Assembly (NCBI GenBank): GCA_051294905.1
Contig: CM119378.1
Location: 744,001 to 808,000 of the forward strand
Direction of reading: 5' to 3'
Source: Botryllus schlosseri
Lineage: Eukaryota
Length of the DNA stretch: 64,000 nt
Shown: positions 12,913 through 24,240 of the stretch, in pieces
Layout of the letters: the number at the start of each line of letters is the position of its first letter
How positions within the stretch are numbered: position 1 is the first letter of the stretch
Translations under genes and position numbers: made by a program
The notes under the pieces: generated by a model
Database searches by the model: none
What the model saw: the letters and a program-made list of their open reading frames with translations, nothing else
What the model was told of the DNA's origin: nothing

Positions 12913-12996
12913 CTTCAAATTGTTACGGGATACGTTTCCAAATCCCTAATTCATAAAAGAAATCAATCAGTGCCCGTGATTACTATGTGTCATCAA

Positions 12997-15484
12997 CATA
13001 GGCGCCGACTTACGAGGTTACGAGGTGGCGCAGCCACCTCGTGACCATATTTACGAGGTGGCGGCCACCTCGTACAAAATGCTCAAACGCCCAAGTGATT
13101 TGTGACCAGTAATTAGTAATAAGGCGAATCGATGCGTCCTCGTTAAAGACGTCTTCGATTTCGATACGCGCGTGTACCACGGGGTTTCGTGGGTCGAACT
13201 TCCCTATTTGAAAAGCGAAACCACGTCATTTTGAAATTATCATTCTAACTCTAATATTCAGTCGCAATTCAATAATTGTGTAATCAGTGTTCCGCGCGGC
13301 GGATTTGCGAGAAACGTGTTGTCAATTAGCGAGAAGAATCTCCCGCTGAGATGGTCGCGAAATTAGGTCATTCATTCCCGTGCGCGTGGCAATCATCGCT
13401 AGCTTGATTTATCGCGTCTCGATCAAGCCTGGTTCCGCAGGCTTCAACAATCGCATCTGCCATAGGCCCAGTTCACAATATATCATCGCTTAACTGCGCA
13501 ATCGTATCTGCATTGGCGGCTTCGGCCTGGTCTGCACGATATCATCGCTGGCCTACACAATAGCATCTGCAATAGACCTTGAGTGAAAGATATCATTGCT
13601 GGCCTATGGCTTAACTATCGCGCCTCGCGCCTAGCATGCTTTTGCTCCTATCTCTCGCTGGTTTCGAGACAATGCGGTCAAGTTTACGCTGATTAGTGAT
13701 TGTTTTATGCCATATTGATTAAAAAGCGACATCGCGAAACTGAATAACATCAAATCGCTGCAAACAGACTTTAACGTGCGAAATTGATTCCCGCTAATAC
13801 TTGAACGTAACGACCAGAAGATGTGTATCTCGAGTTCTGAAATACGACAGAGGTTTGAAATAGGTGCAATCAAGTTCGGACATTTTGATTTGCGAAAACT
13901 GTAGCCGAGACTGCGTAATACCCGCGCGTATTTAATTGTTCGCGAGAGATAGTGACTCGCTAATTGACAGCACTCCCGGTCTCTTTGGCAAGCTTATCAT
14001 ACGCCTAAAATCGCCGATACGAAGAGATGATCGTTATTTACACATGTACTTGACCCTAATTGAATTGATGCTATATTGGTAAATTTGAAAAAAAATATCC
14101 AAATCCCCCTAATTTTTCGACTGGCCACGCGCCTAGAGTGTGCTGAGAAGCACCATCCTAGATCTCCTCTGCCGACCAGGTGCCCAAATATACGTTCTGC
14201 TTTTCTGAAATCCATATTATGTGCAGTGTGCATGTGCACCCATATTCGTTTACAAAACCATTCATGAGCTAAGCTAGCTTCGTGATAAGTAATCGGAGCG
14301 CGAAATTGGAGGGTGTGTTGGTGTGCGCCTGCAAATTGGAATTCATTTCTGCACAGATTCGTTTCTCTAACAAGGCTTTGCCAGTGACATTAATCGGGAA
14401 ATGCAGCAATACAGCTTGATCACCGATATAATGAGGAAACAATTGTCGCGACGAAAGCTACGCAATATGGTGTCACACTCAAAACCGATTCGTGGCGATA
14501 CTGATTAGATTACACGCTCTCTTATTTGCCATCATCCACATTTCTTGTTATCTACTTGATACATTCGTACTCCGAAATTGTCGCACAAAGTCAATTTTCA
14601 GTCTTCCTTTCATTATTAACGAGATGCATCACAAGATTAAGGGTGGCACAAATTCTGATTTTATTCGAGTCGTTTGAACAGGGAACCTTCTACATTCCGA
14701 TAAACTTGATTGCTGGATGTAGTCGTATCGAGAACAACATTATCGAATATTAAACTATTAGGAATAAGATGGACAGTGGATTTCTATTGGTAAGATCGTG
14801 GCATGCGTCTGGAAGTGGAATTAATTCTAGCCCAAGGGTGGCCAACCCGCGGCTGTTGAACGAAATTTGGGTGGCCGTCAACACGTAATTCAATTAGTAT
14901 GCGTTGGCGGCAGTCAACATGCAGATTGAATTTACGAATTGACCGATGTACTTCCGAAATGCTTCGCGGACTTAAATCGGGAAATGCACCAATGTTTTAA
15001 TCAACAAACAATTGCCGCGATGCGAGTTGGTCAACGCGAAGCAAGAAACCGCAAGAGACAACTGATTGGCTGCGCGATATCGCGTTTGTAATCATCATTA
15101 TTGTCTGCTTAAGTATTCAAGAGTTGTCGTGTGTTACTTGCAAGGCCAGTGCTAGTGTTATTTCGTTAGTCACACTGGGCATTGCGCGTGAATAACATTG
15201 ATGCTACTGCAGATTCCGTCGGACGGACTGGTAGCGCAGGCCGCAGTTACACTTCAAATGATCGTACCGTTTTAAGAGATAATACCTCTAATGCATGGTT
15301 TGATATTAATGAGTGCAAGGCCGATATTAAAAAGTCACGCGAATGGTTCAACTCTGTCTCTGCACGTACACCAGCGGCATGCACTAAAGTGCGTTTTCGT
15401 GCGGCGATGACGTCATCGATATGGAACAATTATGACGTCACAAGACTTCGTCACCTCGTAAAAAAATAAAAGTCGGCGCCTATG
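12997..15484. mobile_element. 2.5-kb non-autonomous hAT-type element, with an internal inverted-repeat-bounded segment at ~13315-13973
   Basis: TIRs cataggcgccgactt/aagtcggcgcctatg; perfect 8-bp TSD gtcatcaa. An uninterrupted homologue of the flanks lies at ~48870-48965. Confidence 0.9.
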
Positions 15485-17004
15485 GTCATCAACGGATGAA
15501 GGGGCATAAAACAAGAAAGCCGAAACCGAAATTCAAAGATGGTTTGGACCAGTGATTCCCAAGCGCGGCCCTCAGATAGCCTTCTTGCGGCCCCCAAAAT
15601 ATATTAAGAAATCGATTTATGACAAAAAATAAAATTTATATTTATAAAATACTCTTGCTTGGTTTGGCCTCAGTAGTTTTTAATTATAGAATTGCAGGAA
15701 AGTTGTCAGTATAGACTGCTGTTTCAATGAAACGTGCCCTAACTTTCCAGATGAACGAGCGGTAGCTATAGATATAAATAGAAATTGATAACTTTCAAAA
15801 CCTGAGGAAAATCCTGAAAAATGGTCAATTTTCCCACTTCGTGCTCGCTTGACCAAAAAAGAAAAAGAGGCACAACTCCCGGAAAATACAGTTTTTCTTT
15901 CACATTAACAGGTGGTTGACTGAAATTAAGGTCAACTTTCCGGTCCAGCTCCCATAATAGCCGCCGTAGCGTTCCTACAGTGCTGACTTAATGTATATCG
16001 GTCGAATTTGGCCCTATATGTAACCAAAATCCTCAGAAAAAAGAAGACAAATCTCAAAAAAGATGACACTTGGGCGTCCTCCGAGGACACTTTGAAAAAA
16101 AAAATCAAAAAAGAGGACAAATCATCTTAAAAGAGGACGTATGGTAACCCTATGATAAATAGATGTGCAACACGTGACTCACGGTTGAATACGCCGAGAT
16201 GCATACTGCTTAGCCGGCTAAAAGCAGCATAATTGATAGTCCTATAGTCAGGGCCGTAACTGCCTCACTACAAATCCCCCAATTGAGGGGGGCCGAGCTC
16301 AAAGGGGGTCCAAAATTATTTCGTGGATTAGCATAAATTATAGAGTATTTTTTGAAAATTTGTGCAACTTTTTCAAAAGTTTTTCGCGCTGTGCGCGATT
16401 TTAATTCGCCACATATCTTGATTATTGGGTATTCTTCCCCAAGAAAAAAGACGCAAGATTTATAGAAATGGGCATATAAGCGTTGGCCATGATCGCACCA
16501 CAACGCACCAAGACATATAAAGGTTTGGGCCAGTGGTTCCCAACCTTTTTCGACTCACCGACCCCTTTTAAAGTTCCACAGCGATCATCGCCCCCCAAAT
16601 ATTGGGAACTGAAAAACAACACTTCATCAGCCTCCCGCCCGAAAAAAACGTTGGTCTTTGGCCCCATATGGTGATCAACCAAACCGCAGACCCCCCTCAG
16701 CAAGTGGGCTTTTTGTCGCTATACATATCAGCTATGTCCTATTTCAATGTACTGTTTGGTGAGTCACCGTATTTCGCCTAAACACACGAAGCGCGACAAA
16801 TTTATATCATTCATGTTTGAATCGGTCAATATGGTCGGTGTGATATGTTGGAAAAGGTAGGACCCCTAAATAATAATTAAACATCTTCGGGCGGAATCGT
16901 TGTTATATTGACTTCTTCACATTATGCTATTTCGTGACCTCCTGTATCTGCTATGTCAGAAGATTTGGAAATCGTCGAAACGTTAATCGACAATTACCAT
17001 GGAG

Positions 17005-18225
17005 TATAGGGTTGCATTTAAAACAAACATGTTTAAAACCAGGCCCTTGTATAAAACCTACTTTTTTAAGCCATGACGTCAAGAATATTCAATAGTGACG
17101 TCATATTGGATTGACATTGACAATTGAAAATATAGTGTAAATATAGCTCCTTTGACGAAATATCTGTGCTATTGCTGTTGAACTGACTATTTTGAAGGTT
17201 CCAGCCATCTCGTATCGATATTAGTCGGCTATATCGGGTGGTATTCGTCCGTAGGCTCATACAGCACGTATTTTGGAAAGTATTTACACAATTATGGCAT
17301 AATTTTACAACTTAAAAAGAATTTTTTTCAAAAGGCCTTTGTTTAAAACACTGTTTAAAGCAGGGGTCGCCAACTCAAAACGGGTCGCGGGCCACTTTCC
17401 AAACTTCGTGGAGGCCGCGGGCCGCATGAATTCGATATCGATGTAAAATAGGCAACCACGTTCTAAAACTCTACGTCAGCGCAACGGTGAGCTATCTAAC
17501 ATAGGCGATGGGCACATTTGACCACTAAAGAAATAATATTTAATTTTTAATTTAATTGTGGGAACCCTAAGCCAGTGGTTCTCAACCTTTTTTAGGCACA
17601 CACCCCTTTATGATACTGAAAAGTCGTCATATCACAAAATGCAACCAGAATGCTAGCAATCCCAACGGCTAGTTTGATGGCATGGAAGGTTATGGCTGTT
17701 AATAACATAATTCTATCAGATGAATTCCGGACTATAAAGATAGCAATAACTATGAAATAAAGGTAAATCGTGCGGAGCGCGAAAAAAAATTCATTTGAGC
17801 GCATCTCCGCCTTCCCTTCAGATGCTTTCGCGCCCCCACAAGTAACGCGCGCTCCCCAGTTTGGGAACCACTGCCCTAAGCCGTTTTCTATGCGTCTCGG
17901 TTTTGGAAGTGTTTGGGCCATTGCAAGTCAAGACGATATGCCCATTCACATCAGCTGATTCTCCCTCGATTGAATGCTGTGGCCATCACCACAGCCGTTT
18001 TAGCTATAATGACGAAGTATGATGTTGGGCACAAGAGAATAGCTTATTTTGAAACAACAACAACAACATGTTGAAACTGTAATTAATTTCAGCATTTCAA
18101 ATTGGTTTTCTTGGCTTTCTTCCTAAATCTCAAATCAGGTCGCGGGCCGCGTGTTGGTGACCCCTGGTTTAAAGCATGTTTTAAACATAGTGTTTCAAAC
18201 ACCGTTTGTTTTAAATGCACCCCGT
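17005..18225. mobile_element. Triple nest: TAGGGTTGCATTT MITE containing hAT MITE 17361-18166, which contains hAT MITE 17573-17873
   Basis: Inner elements have perfect 8-bp TSDs gtttaaag and ccctaagc. The outer family recurs at ~8083-8478 and 22703-23265. Confidence 0.88.
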
Positions 18226-18829
18226 CCATGGAGCATTTCCAATAACGAAAAGATAGCACGGCCTGTAATAGCAGCATTGTCAGCTTCTATGTCACTCAAT
18301 GAAAGTTGATCAAGAAATCAACACACCATTGATACTTCTCTTCAGGTTCAAATGTAGCCAGGGTAGCAGTTTGGTACATATCATTATCAATTTAAGAAGC
18401 ATTCGGTAGACCCAGTTGTTGAATTCAGCTGATATTTTGTTCACCGAGAAATAGTTTCATGACCGCAGTGAAGAAATTACCACCATGGCTTAACGGTACA
18501 TCACGAATGGGGTTCTATATATCCCTGATGCAAACCTACTCCAGTCTAGAGATGTTTTGTTAGGGTCCGTGGAAAAGATGAAATGCTGGAGATAGCTAAG
18601 TCAAACAGGGTGACTTTTAAATGTTTGCCAAACAATCTGGATTTGGAGTGGTCAGTCTCTGCAAATTGTAGTAAACAGTCGTTTGAAATAGAAAATCCAG
18701 AATTTTTTCCTAATCTTTCCCAATGAAGGAATTGAAAACTCGCCACGAAATCCAGCTTTCTCCTGTGATATAACCATTAAATAACTTCAAAGTGAGATGC
18801 TTGATAGAAATGACTAGGCTGGACGTGAT

Positions 18830-19223
18830 ATGTTCATTAGAAACTCGCACCAAAAGCTGCTGTCGGAAGCGTTACGTGTTCATATTACATTCGCCACCAC
18901 CTATCTTTGTGAAAATGAATTTTCGGCAATCGGCACTTGTTCATATCAAATGGAAGACACGTATTTTCAAGACAATAAATACAGCTGGAAAATTCTCTTC
19001 GAAATAATAAAGTAGAGCCAATTTCTACATATAGTGTGGCGCTATTTTCAAAAAAAGTCATTTTGTCGCTGTTTATCACTATAGTCAACAATAAAAAAAT
19101 TGCACAAGACGGATGGCGGTTGCACTATAATTGAAGTAATGTTGAACTATAACTTGAGGAGGTCCGCGGGGTCTGTGACGGTCCAAAAGGGGCCCGCCAA
19201 GACAAAAAGGTTGAGAGCCACTG
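18830..19223 (+). mobile_element. Charlie/Buster-type hAT transposase C-terminal remnant with right terminus
   Basis: KLLSEALRVHITFATTYLCENEFSAI matches the PFATTYLCExGFS motif; ends aaggttgagagccactg. Confidence 0.7.
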
Positions 19224-19384
19224 TACACTGAAGGTTAAACATATGAAGCTTATATATATAATATGTCCAATAGAATATGTACTGTTGGATGATGATTGTG
19301 CACAATGTGCAGCCATTGCTCGCTCAGAGCCACCACTGCTAACAGATGGTGTAGTCAGCAGGTGGCTTTTTGGGTCGGAATCTC

Positions 19385-19644
19385 TCCGAGATAGTGTAAT
19401 GGTTATGCGTCCGGCTTCTCGATCGGTAGGTCGTGGGTTCGATCCCCGGCCGGGTCATACCAAAGACTCGAAAAATGGTATCCGCAGCTATCCTGCTAGG
19501 CGCTCAGCAATCACGGATAGCATGGAGGAGAAAAAAAATCGGGGGCGCAGACTAGATGACCTCATGGGGCCGTATCGCAACTCCGTCGCCAAAGCATCTC
19601 GATGGTGCAGGCGAGAAAGAATATCATATCTCTCTCTCTCTCTC
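19385..19644 (+). mobile_element. tRNA-derived SINE with conserved central domain (MetaSINE-like) and (CT)n tail
   Basis: A box tagtgtaatgg, B box gggttcgatccc, core ccgggtcataccaaagactcgaaaaatggtatcc...gctcagca. A second, 5'-truncated copy lies at ~54878-55007. The Meta assignment is from recall of the consensus. Confidence 0.85.
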
Positions 19645-20193
19645 ATTTCAAACTCGAAACTCCGTTCCTTTGAAATGCCGATTCAATTCTGATATATCCG
19701 ATAAAATAAAAAGTAATGTTTTGACTAGGAAAATGAATCCAGTTCTGTACGGTTCTTAACCTTTATTGACTTGGAAGCCCTACGTCACAGATGGACAACC
19801 ATTTCTCTGAAAATGACAGCCAAGAAACACGTTGGCGAGCAAAGTAAAATATTTGTACTCTATTCTGCGGTTTATTAATTTCTAATAATTTATAAATTGA
19901 AAGCAATAAATTACGTGGTTACACAAACTTCTGGGTGGATGTGTTACTATTAGTCAATTAAGAATTTAGTGTTAAATTACAAAAATAATATTTATCCCAC
20001 GCAATTATTCAAAACAATGGTAAACAAGAAATATTGTTAACTCTTTTCAATCACACTAACCCCTAGACACGTACTTCTATCAAGACACCAAAATGTATGG
20101 GATGATACAACTTGGTCACTATTCCAAGCGGCAGTCGGGAAGCGAGTGGCGCGGTGTGCTAAGCGACATCGTCACGACACCAATGGTTGTTGG

Positions 20194-21193
20194 TAGGGAT
20201 GGGGTAAACCTCTGAAAGGTTCAAGTTCGTGTGAACGCGAACCTTTTTGAAAGGTTCTGTGTGAACGCGAACGTGAACCTCGTGACGTCACGTGACGTCA
20301 TATAGCTAATTCCAACCCTATCTTTCAATGAAGTGATAGCCTATATTAATGTACACGATACCTAGCGACGACTCGGGTCACATAATGCCACAATGCTGAA
20401 GTACATTTTGGCGTTTTAAACGTCGCTAAATGTATCAACTGAGGCAATCAAATGATATAATACTCCCATAAAATCAATATCATCCTTCGCTTTGCCAATA
20501 ATTTCGAAGAGGAGTTGCCAGGGAATATAAGCTTACGCCTTAACGGTCTTGACCAGACCGGACAATGTATTCGGTGTATGAGTATTGCTACAATGATATT
20601 GGGCAGAGTGTAAAACATGTTTTTATACTTGGTACCGATATTAGGCTACCCCAAAAGTTATACAGCTGTAGCTAACACCTCAATCGCATGGATTTGGTTT
20701 TAATGATACAGTAAACAGATGATGTGAAGATAGACCCCGTACGCTAGCTAGATTTGTACATAAAAAAACGATATCATTCTTATTGATTGGTTGAATAAGC
20801 ATCATTCGCTCTCTACATGTTATGTATGTCGCTCGTGATGTTGTTTGATTGCGGGTTGGCTCAGATCAGAGAGTCACTAAATATTCACAAACAGAAAGTT
20901 GAATATTTAGAGCAAAATTTTTGTAATAAAGCAAGTAAAATCTTTGAGATTGTCAAGGTGCATGCTCGTTTTGAGTTGTTTTTTTTTATGCTGCCGGCGT
21001 CATTCATAGAGTGGCCCGCAGTTGAAATGCAATAAATTCGATCCAAAGATGTCAATATGAAGTGAAAATTTTAATATATGAAAAAGGTTCACAGTGCAGA
21101 ACCTACTAAGGTTCTGTTGTGAACGCGAACCTCTAAATTCCCGAGGCTCACACACGGAACGCGAACGTGAACCTCGCGTTCACACCATCCCTA
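20194..21193. mobile_element. MITE family TAGGGATGGTGTGAAC, copy 2, inserted between the A and B boxes of a tRNA-derived SINE head (~20135-20193 + 21202-21290)
   Basis: Perfect 8-bp TSD gttgttgg; rejoined flanks give tggcgcggtgtg...acaccaatggttgttggtccgagtc, similar to the SINE head at 52578. Confidence 0.88.
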
Positions 21194-21511
21194 GTTGTTG
21201 GTCCGAGTCTCGGCTCAACCAAGTTTCCATGCGTCGGGCGTCGGAGGTTTCTCTGGGCCAATGTGTGTGCTGTGAATAAAACAAAGAATTCCCGTGCGGT
21301 GTGGTTGTTACTTTGTAAAATCGCCCTGTGGTTTTGCTAATTTCGCTGGCAGGTTTTCCGAATTCGTCTTATCGCAGCCTCAGTCGAATCCCGATTTAAA
21401 TAGACCCATGTTATATCGACTTTTGAATAGGGATTATACGCCAGGGATCGGCTACCCGTGGCACGCGTGCCAAAAGCGGCACGCAAGATGATTTTTAATG
21501 GCACGCTAAAT

Positions 21512-22669
21512 CAGTGGTTCCCAACGTGGGCGATATCGTCCCCCAGGGGCCGAAAATAACGAAGGGGGCGTTAGGGGGCCGAAAACGGATGAAGGGGGCG
21601 ATAGGGGCGAAAACAACGAAGGGGGCGATAGGGGCGATGGCGCGTTAAAACGGCTATTTTGGAGTCGGGACCGTAACTGCTGCACCCCAAACCCCCAATT
21701 CGGGGTGGGGGGCCGAACTCGAAGGGGCCCAATATTATTTCGTGAATTAACATAAACTATGGAGTAATTTTTTAGAAATTCATGCAACTTTTTCAAAAAA
21801 TTTTCGCGCTGGGCGCGATTTAATAATTTCGCATATCTTGATTTTGGGGTACCCGTCACCAAACAAAAATACGCATGATTTATGGAAATGGGAGACTTCG
21901 CCGTCGGCCATTACTGTGCCACGACGCACCAAGACATATGAAGTTAGCGGCCATGTAACATGCGACTCCGAGAAGTGTGCCAGAACGATCAGCAGCGAGA
22001 AGACCTTGGCCGAAAAGGAATGCCCTTGTACTGACCGAAAACTTTGATATATTTACATATATGTTTAATTGTCCATAGGCAACTCAATGGCTGGCGTCGA
22101 ATGTTCCTGTCCTGGCGACCTTAACCCTACAGGACAAATGCCATCCCGAAAAGAAAAAATTATTTGCCAGTAAAGAAATACCAATTTGACATCATGTGCG
22201 TCTTTTAGTAATTAGCATCCTGTAACGAAGTCAATATAACAACGATTCCGCCCGAAGATGTTTAATAATTATTCAGGGTTCCTACCTTTTCCAACACACA
22301 CCACACTCAGCTCTACCGGAAAATCTGATTACGTGAGCAGAAAAAGGAAAACTTTATAGCAATATATATGCAATTCCCGATCATATTGACCGATTCGAAC
22401 ATGAATTACAGAAATTTGTCGCGCTTCACGCGTTTAAGCGAAATAGGGTGATTACCACCAAACAGTACATGAAATAGGGTGTAGCCGATATGTAGCGACA
22501 AAAAGCCCACTGACTGAGAAGGGTCTGGTTTATTACCCTATGGGGCCACAGACCAACGTTTTGGGGGGCCTGACGAAGTGCTGTTTTTTGGTTCCCAATA
22601 TTTGGGGGGCGATGATCGGTGTGGAGCTTCAAAAGGGGGCGATGAGTCGAAAAAGGTTGGGAACCACTG
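21512..22669. mobile_element. hAT (Charlie-like) non-autonomous element with gggggcga subterminal repeats
   Basis: TIRs cagtggttcccaac/gttgggaaccactg; perfect TSD cgctaaat. Fragments recur at 16250-16930, 49060-49280, 50407-50756, 52470-52570 and 54600-54760. Confidence 0.88.
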
Positions 22670-22702
22670 CGCTAAATGATTTGATGTACATTATTCTAAC
22701 TA

Positions 22703-23265
22703 TAGGGTTGCATTTAAACAAAAATCTATTTAAAACAAACAAGTTTAAAACAAAGCCCTCGTTTAAAACATGTTTCTATTGTGTTTTTTAGTGTTTTTAG
22801 CAATGACGTCACGGATATGTGTTTGTGACGTCACAGTGGATTTACATTGACGATTTAAAATATAGGATAAATATGACTCTTTCGACGAAAAGGGCGCCGA
22901 CCACTATCATAAACAGACCAAAAATATATTTAAACAGGACTACACCGTTATGCAGCATTTTTACGGTCGGGGGTAATCATCATCAGAACACCCATTCCGT
23001 ACCAATGATCTCTATCTACACGCTAAAACTGTTGAACCGACGATGATTTCGACGGTTCCGGCCACCCCACATCGTATGCGTCGACTATTTTGGGTGCAAA
23101 TCGTCCGAGGCTCATACTACATGGTTTTTCGGACTTATTTACACAATTACGGCATAATTTGGCAACGTTTAAAAAAAATTTTTGAAAAGAGGCATTTGTT
23201 TCAGACACTGTTTAAAACATGTTTAAACAAAGTGTTTTAAAACGCTGTTTGAAATGCAACCCCTA
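22703..23265. mobile_element. MITE (TAGGGTTGCATTT family)
   Basis: TIRs tagggttgcattt/aaatgcaacccta-like, with ttaaaac subterminal repeats. Confidence 0.75.
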
Positions 23266-23589
23266 TTATAACCATATTTCCTGCAAAAAGTGAAACAAAA
23301 GTTTTCAAAATGAAGAAAGCTCGAAGGGGAATCCAAATTATTTCGTAAATCAACATGAAGTATAGGGTCTTTTGGGACAGAATTTATTTTTCTTCAAAAT
23401 TTTCTCCGCACTTCCCGCGTATAGTCCGTATTTGGCCCGCGGACCGTAAAATGCCCACTTCGGCCCGACGCTAATCTACAAGTCTTCGGGGAACCCCTAA
23501 TTTTCAGTGAGTCACAAAACAAAAGTCTAATCCATGTGTGCATACCATATGCGTTGTAATCTGCAGGACAACCAGTAAAGCTAGTCTGG

Positions 23590-23814
23590 CAGACTTGTAT
23601 AAACAACTCATTTAGTTAGTTGATGGTTTTGGTTGTTTGATGGTTTTTTTGAGTAGTTCTAGCTCTAGTTGCTGATGTTGAAAATTGAGTAATTCTAGTT
23701 CTAGTCGTAGATTTTGAAAATTGGATAGTTCTACTTCTAGTTGCAAATTTTGCAAATCGGGTAGTTCTAGGTCTAGTTGCGCTTTTTGAAAATCCAGTAG
23801 TTTATACAAGTCTG
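23590..23814. repeat. Short element with gttcta/tagaac repeats
   Basis: Inverted ends cagacttgtataaac/gtttatacaagtctg; related pieces at ~38820-38915, 39915-40085 and 42399-42560. Confidence 0.65.
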
Positions 23815-24202
23815 CATCTAATGTCAGTTTGATAATTACAAAATATTTTTATCTCGTGACTTGTATGGTCATTGTATCGCCTTCGGTATTTCATGTCTGA
23901 CGAAATAAGCAAACTCTCATGCTCTCTCTCTCTCAGCCATATTGTATATCACAGAGTAGGGTAATTTGATGTGTGTAAAGCCTGAGCTCAAAAAAGCAGC
24001 TGACATATCTCTGGCCTGTCTTACTCGGACTAAATTGCGGTTTATACCAACGTAATATCGGCAAAAACGTACAAGTTCATGACACACTGGACAAGCGGCT
24101 CCTATTATATTGAGTAGGGATCTCCACCGTCAACTCACTGGCAAAGTTGAAATTATTGTTTGCATCTTTGTTCGCAAAAGAAATTCAAAATCACTGGTCT
24201 GT

Positions 24203-24208
24203 TTTATT
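24203..24208 (-). terminator. Candidate polyadenylation signal AATAAA of paralogue B
   Basis: tttatt on + strand, about 33 nt past the TGA stop at 24241. Confidence 0.55.
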
Positions 24209-24240
24209 TCATAAATACTTTGGTGAATGCGTAACGGAAA

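Noticed and set aside
19385..19460. Functional tRNA genes (also 52578-52650 and 62910-62983)
   Set aside because: They continue into SINE bodies and tails and lack a proper acceptor stem or T-run terminator.
19243..19692. 149-aa ORF
   Set aside because: Reads through a SINE and flanking repeat.
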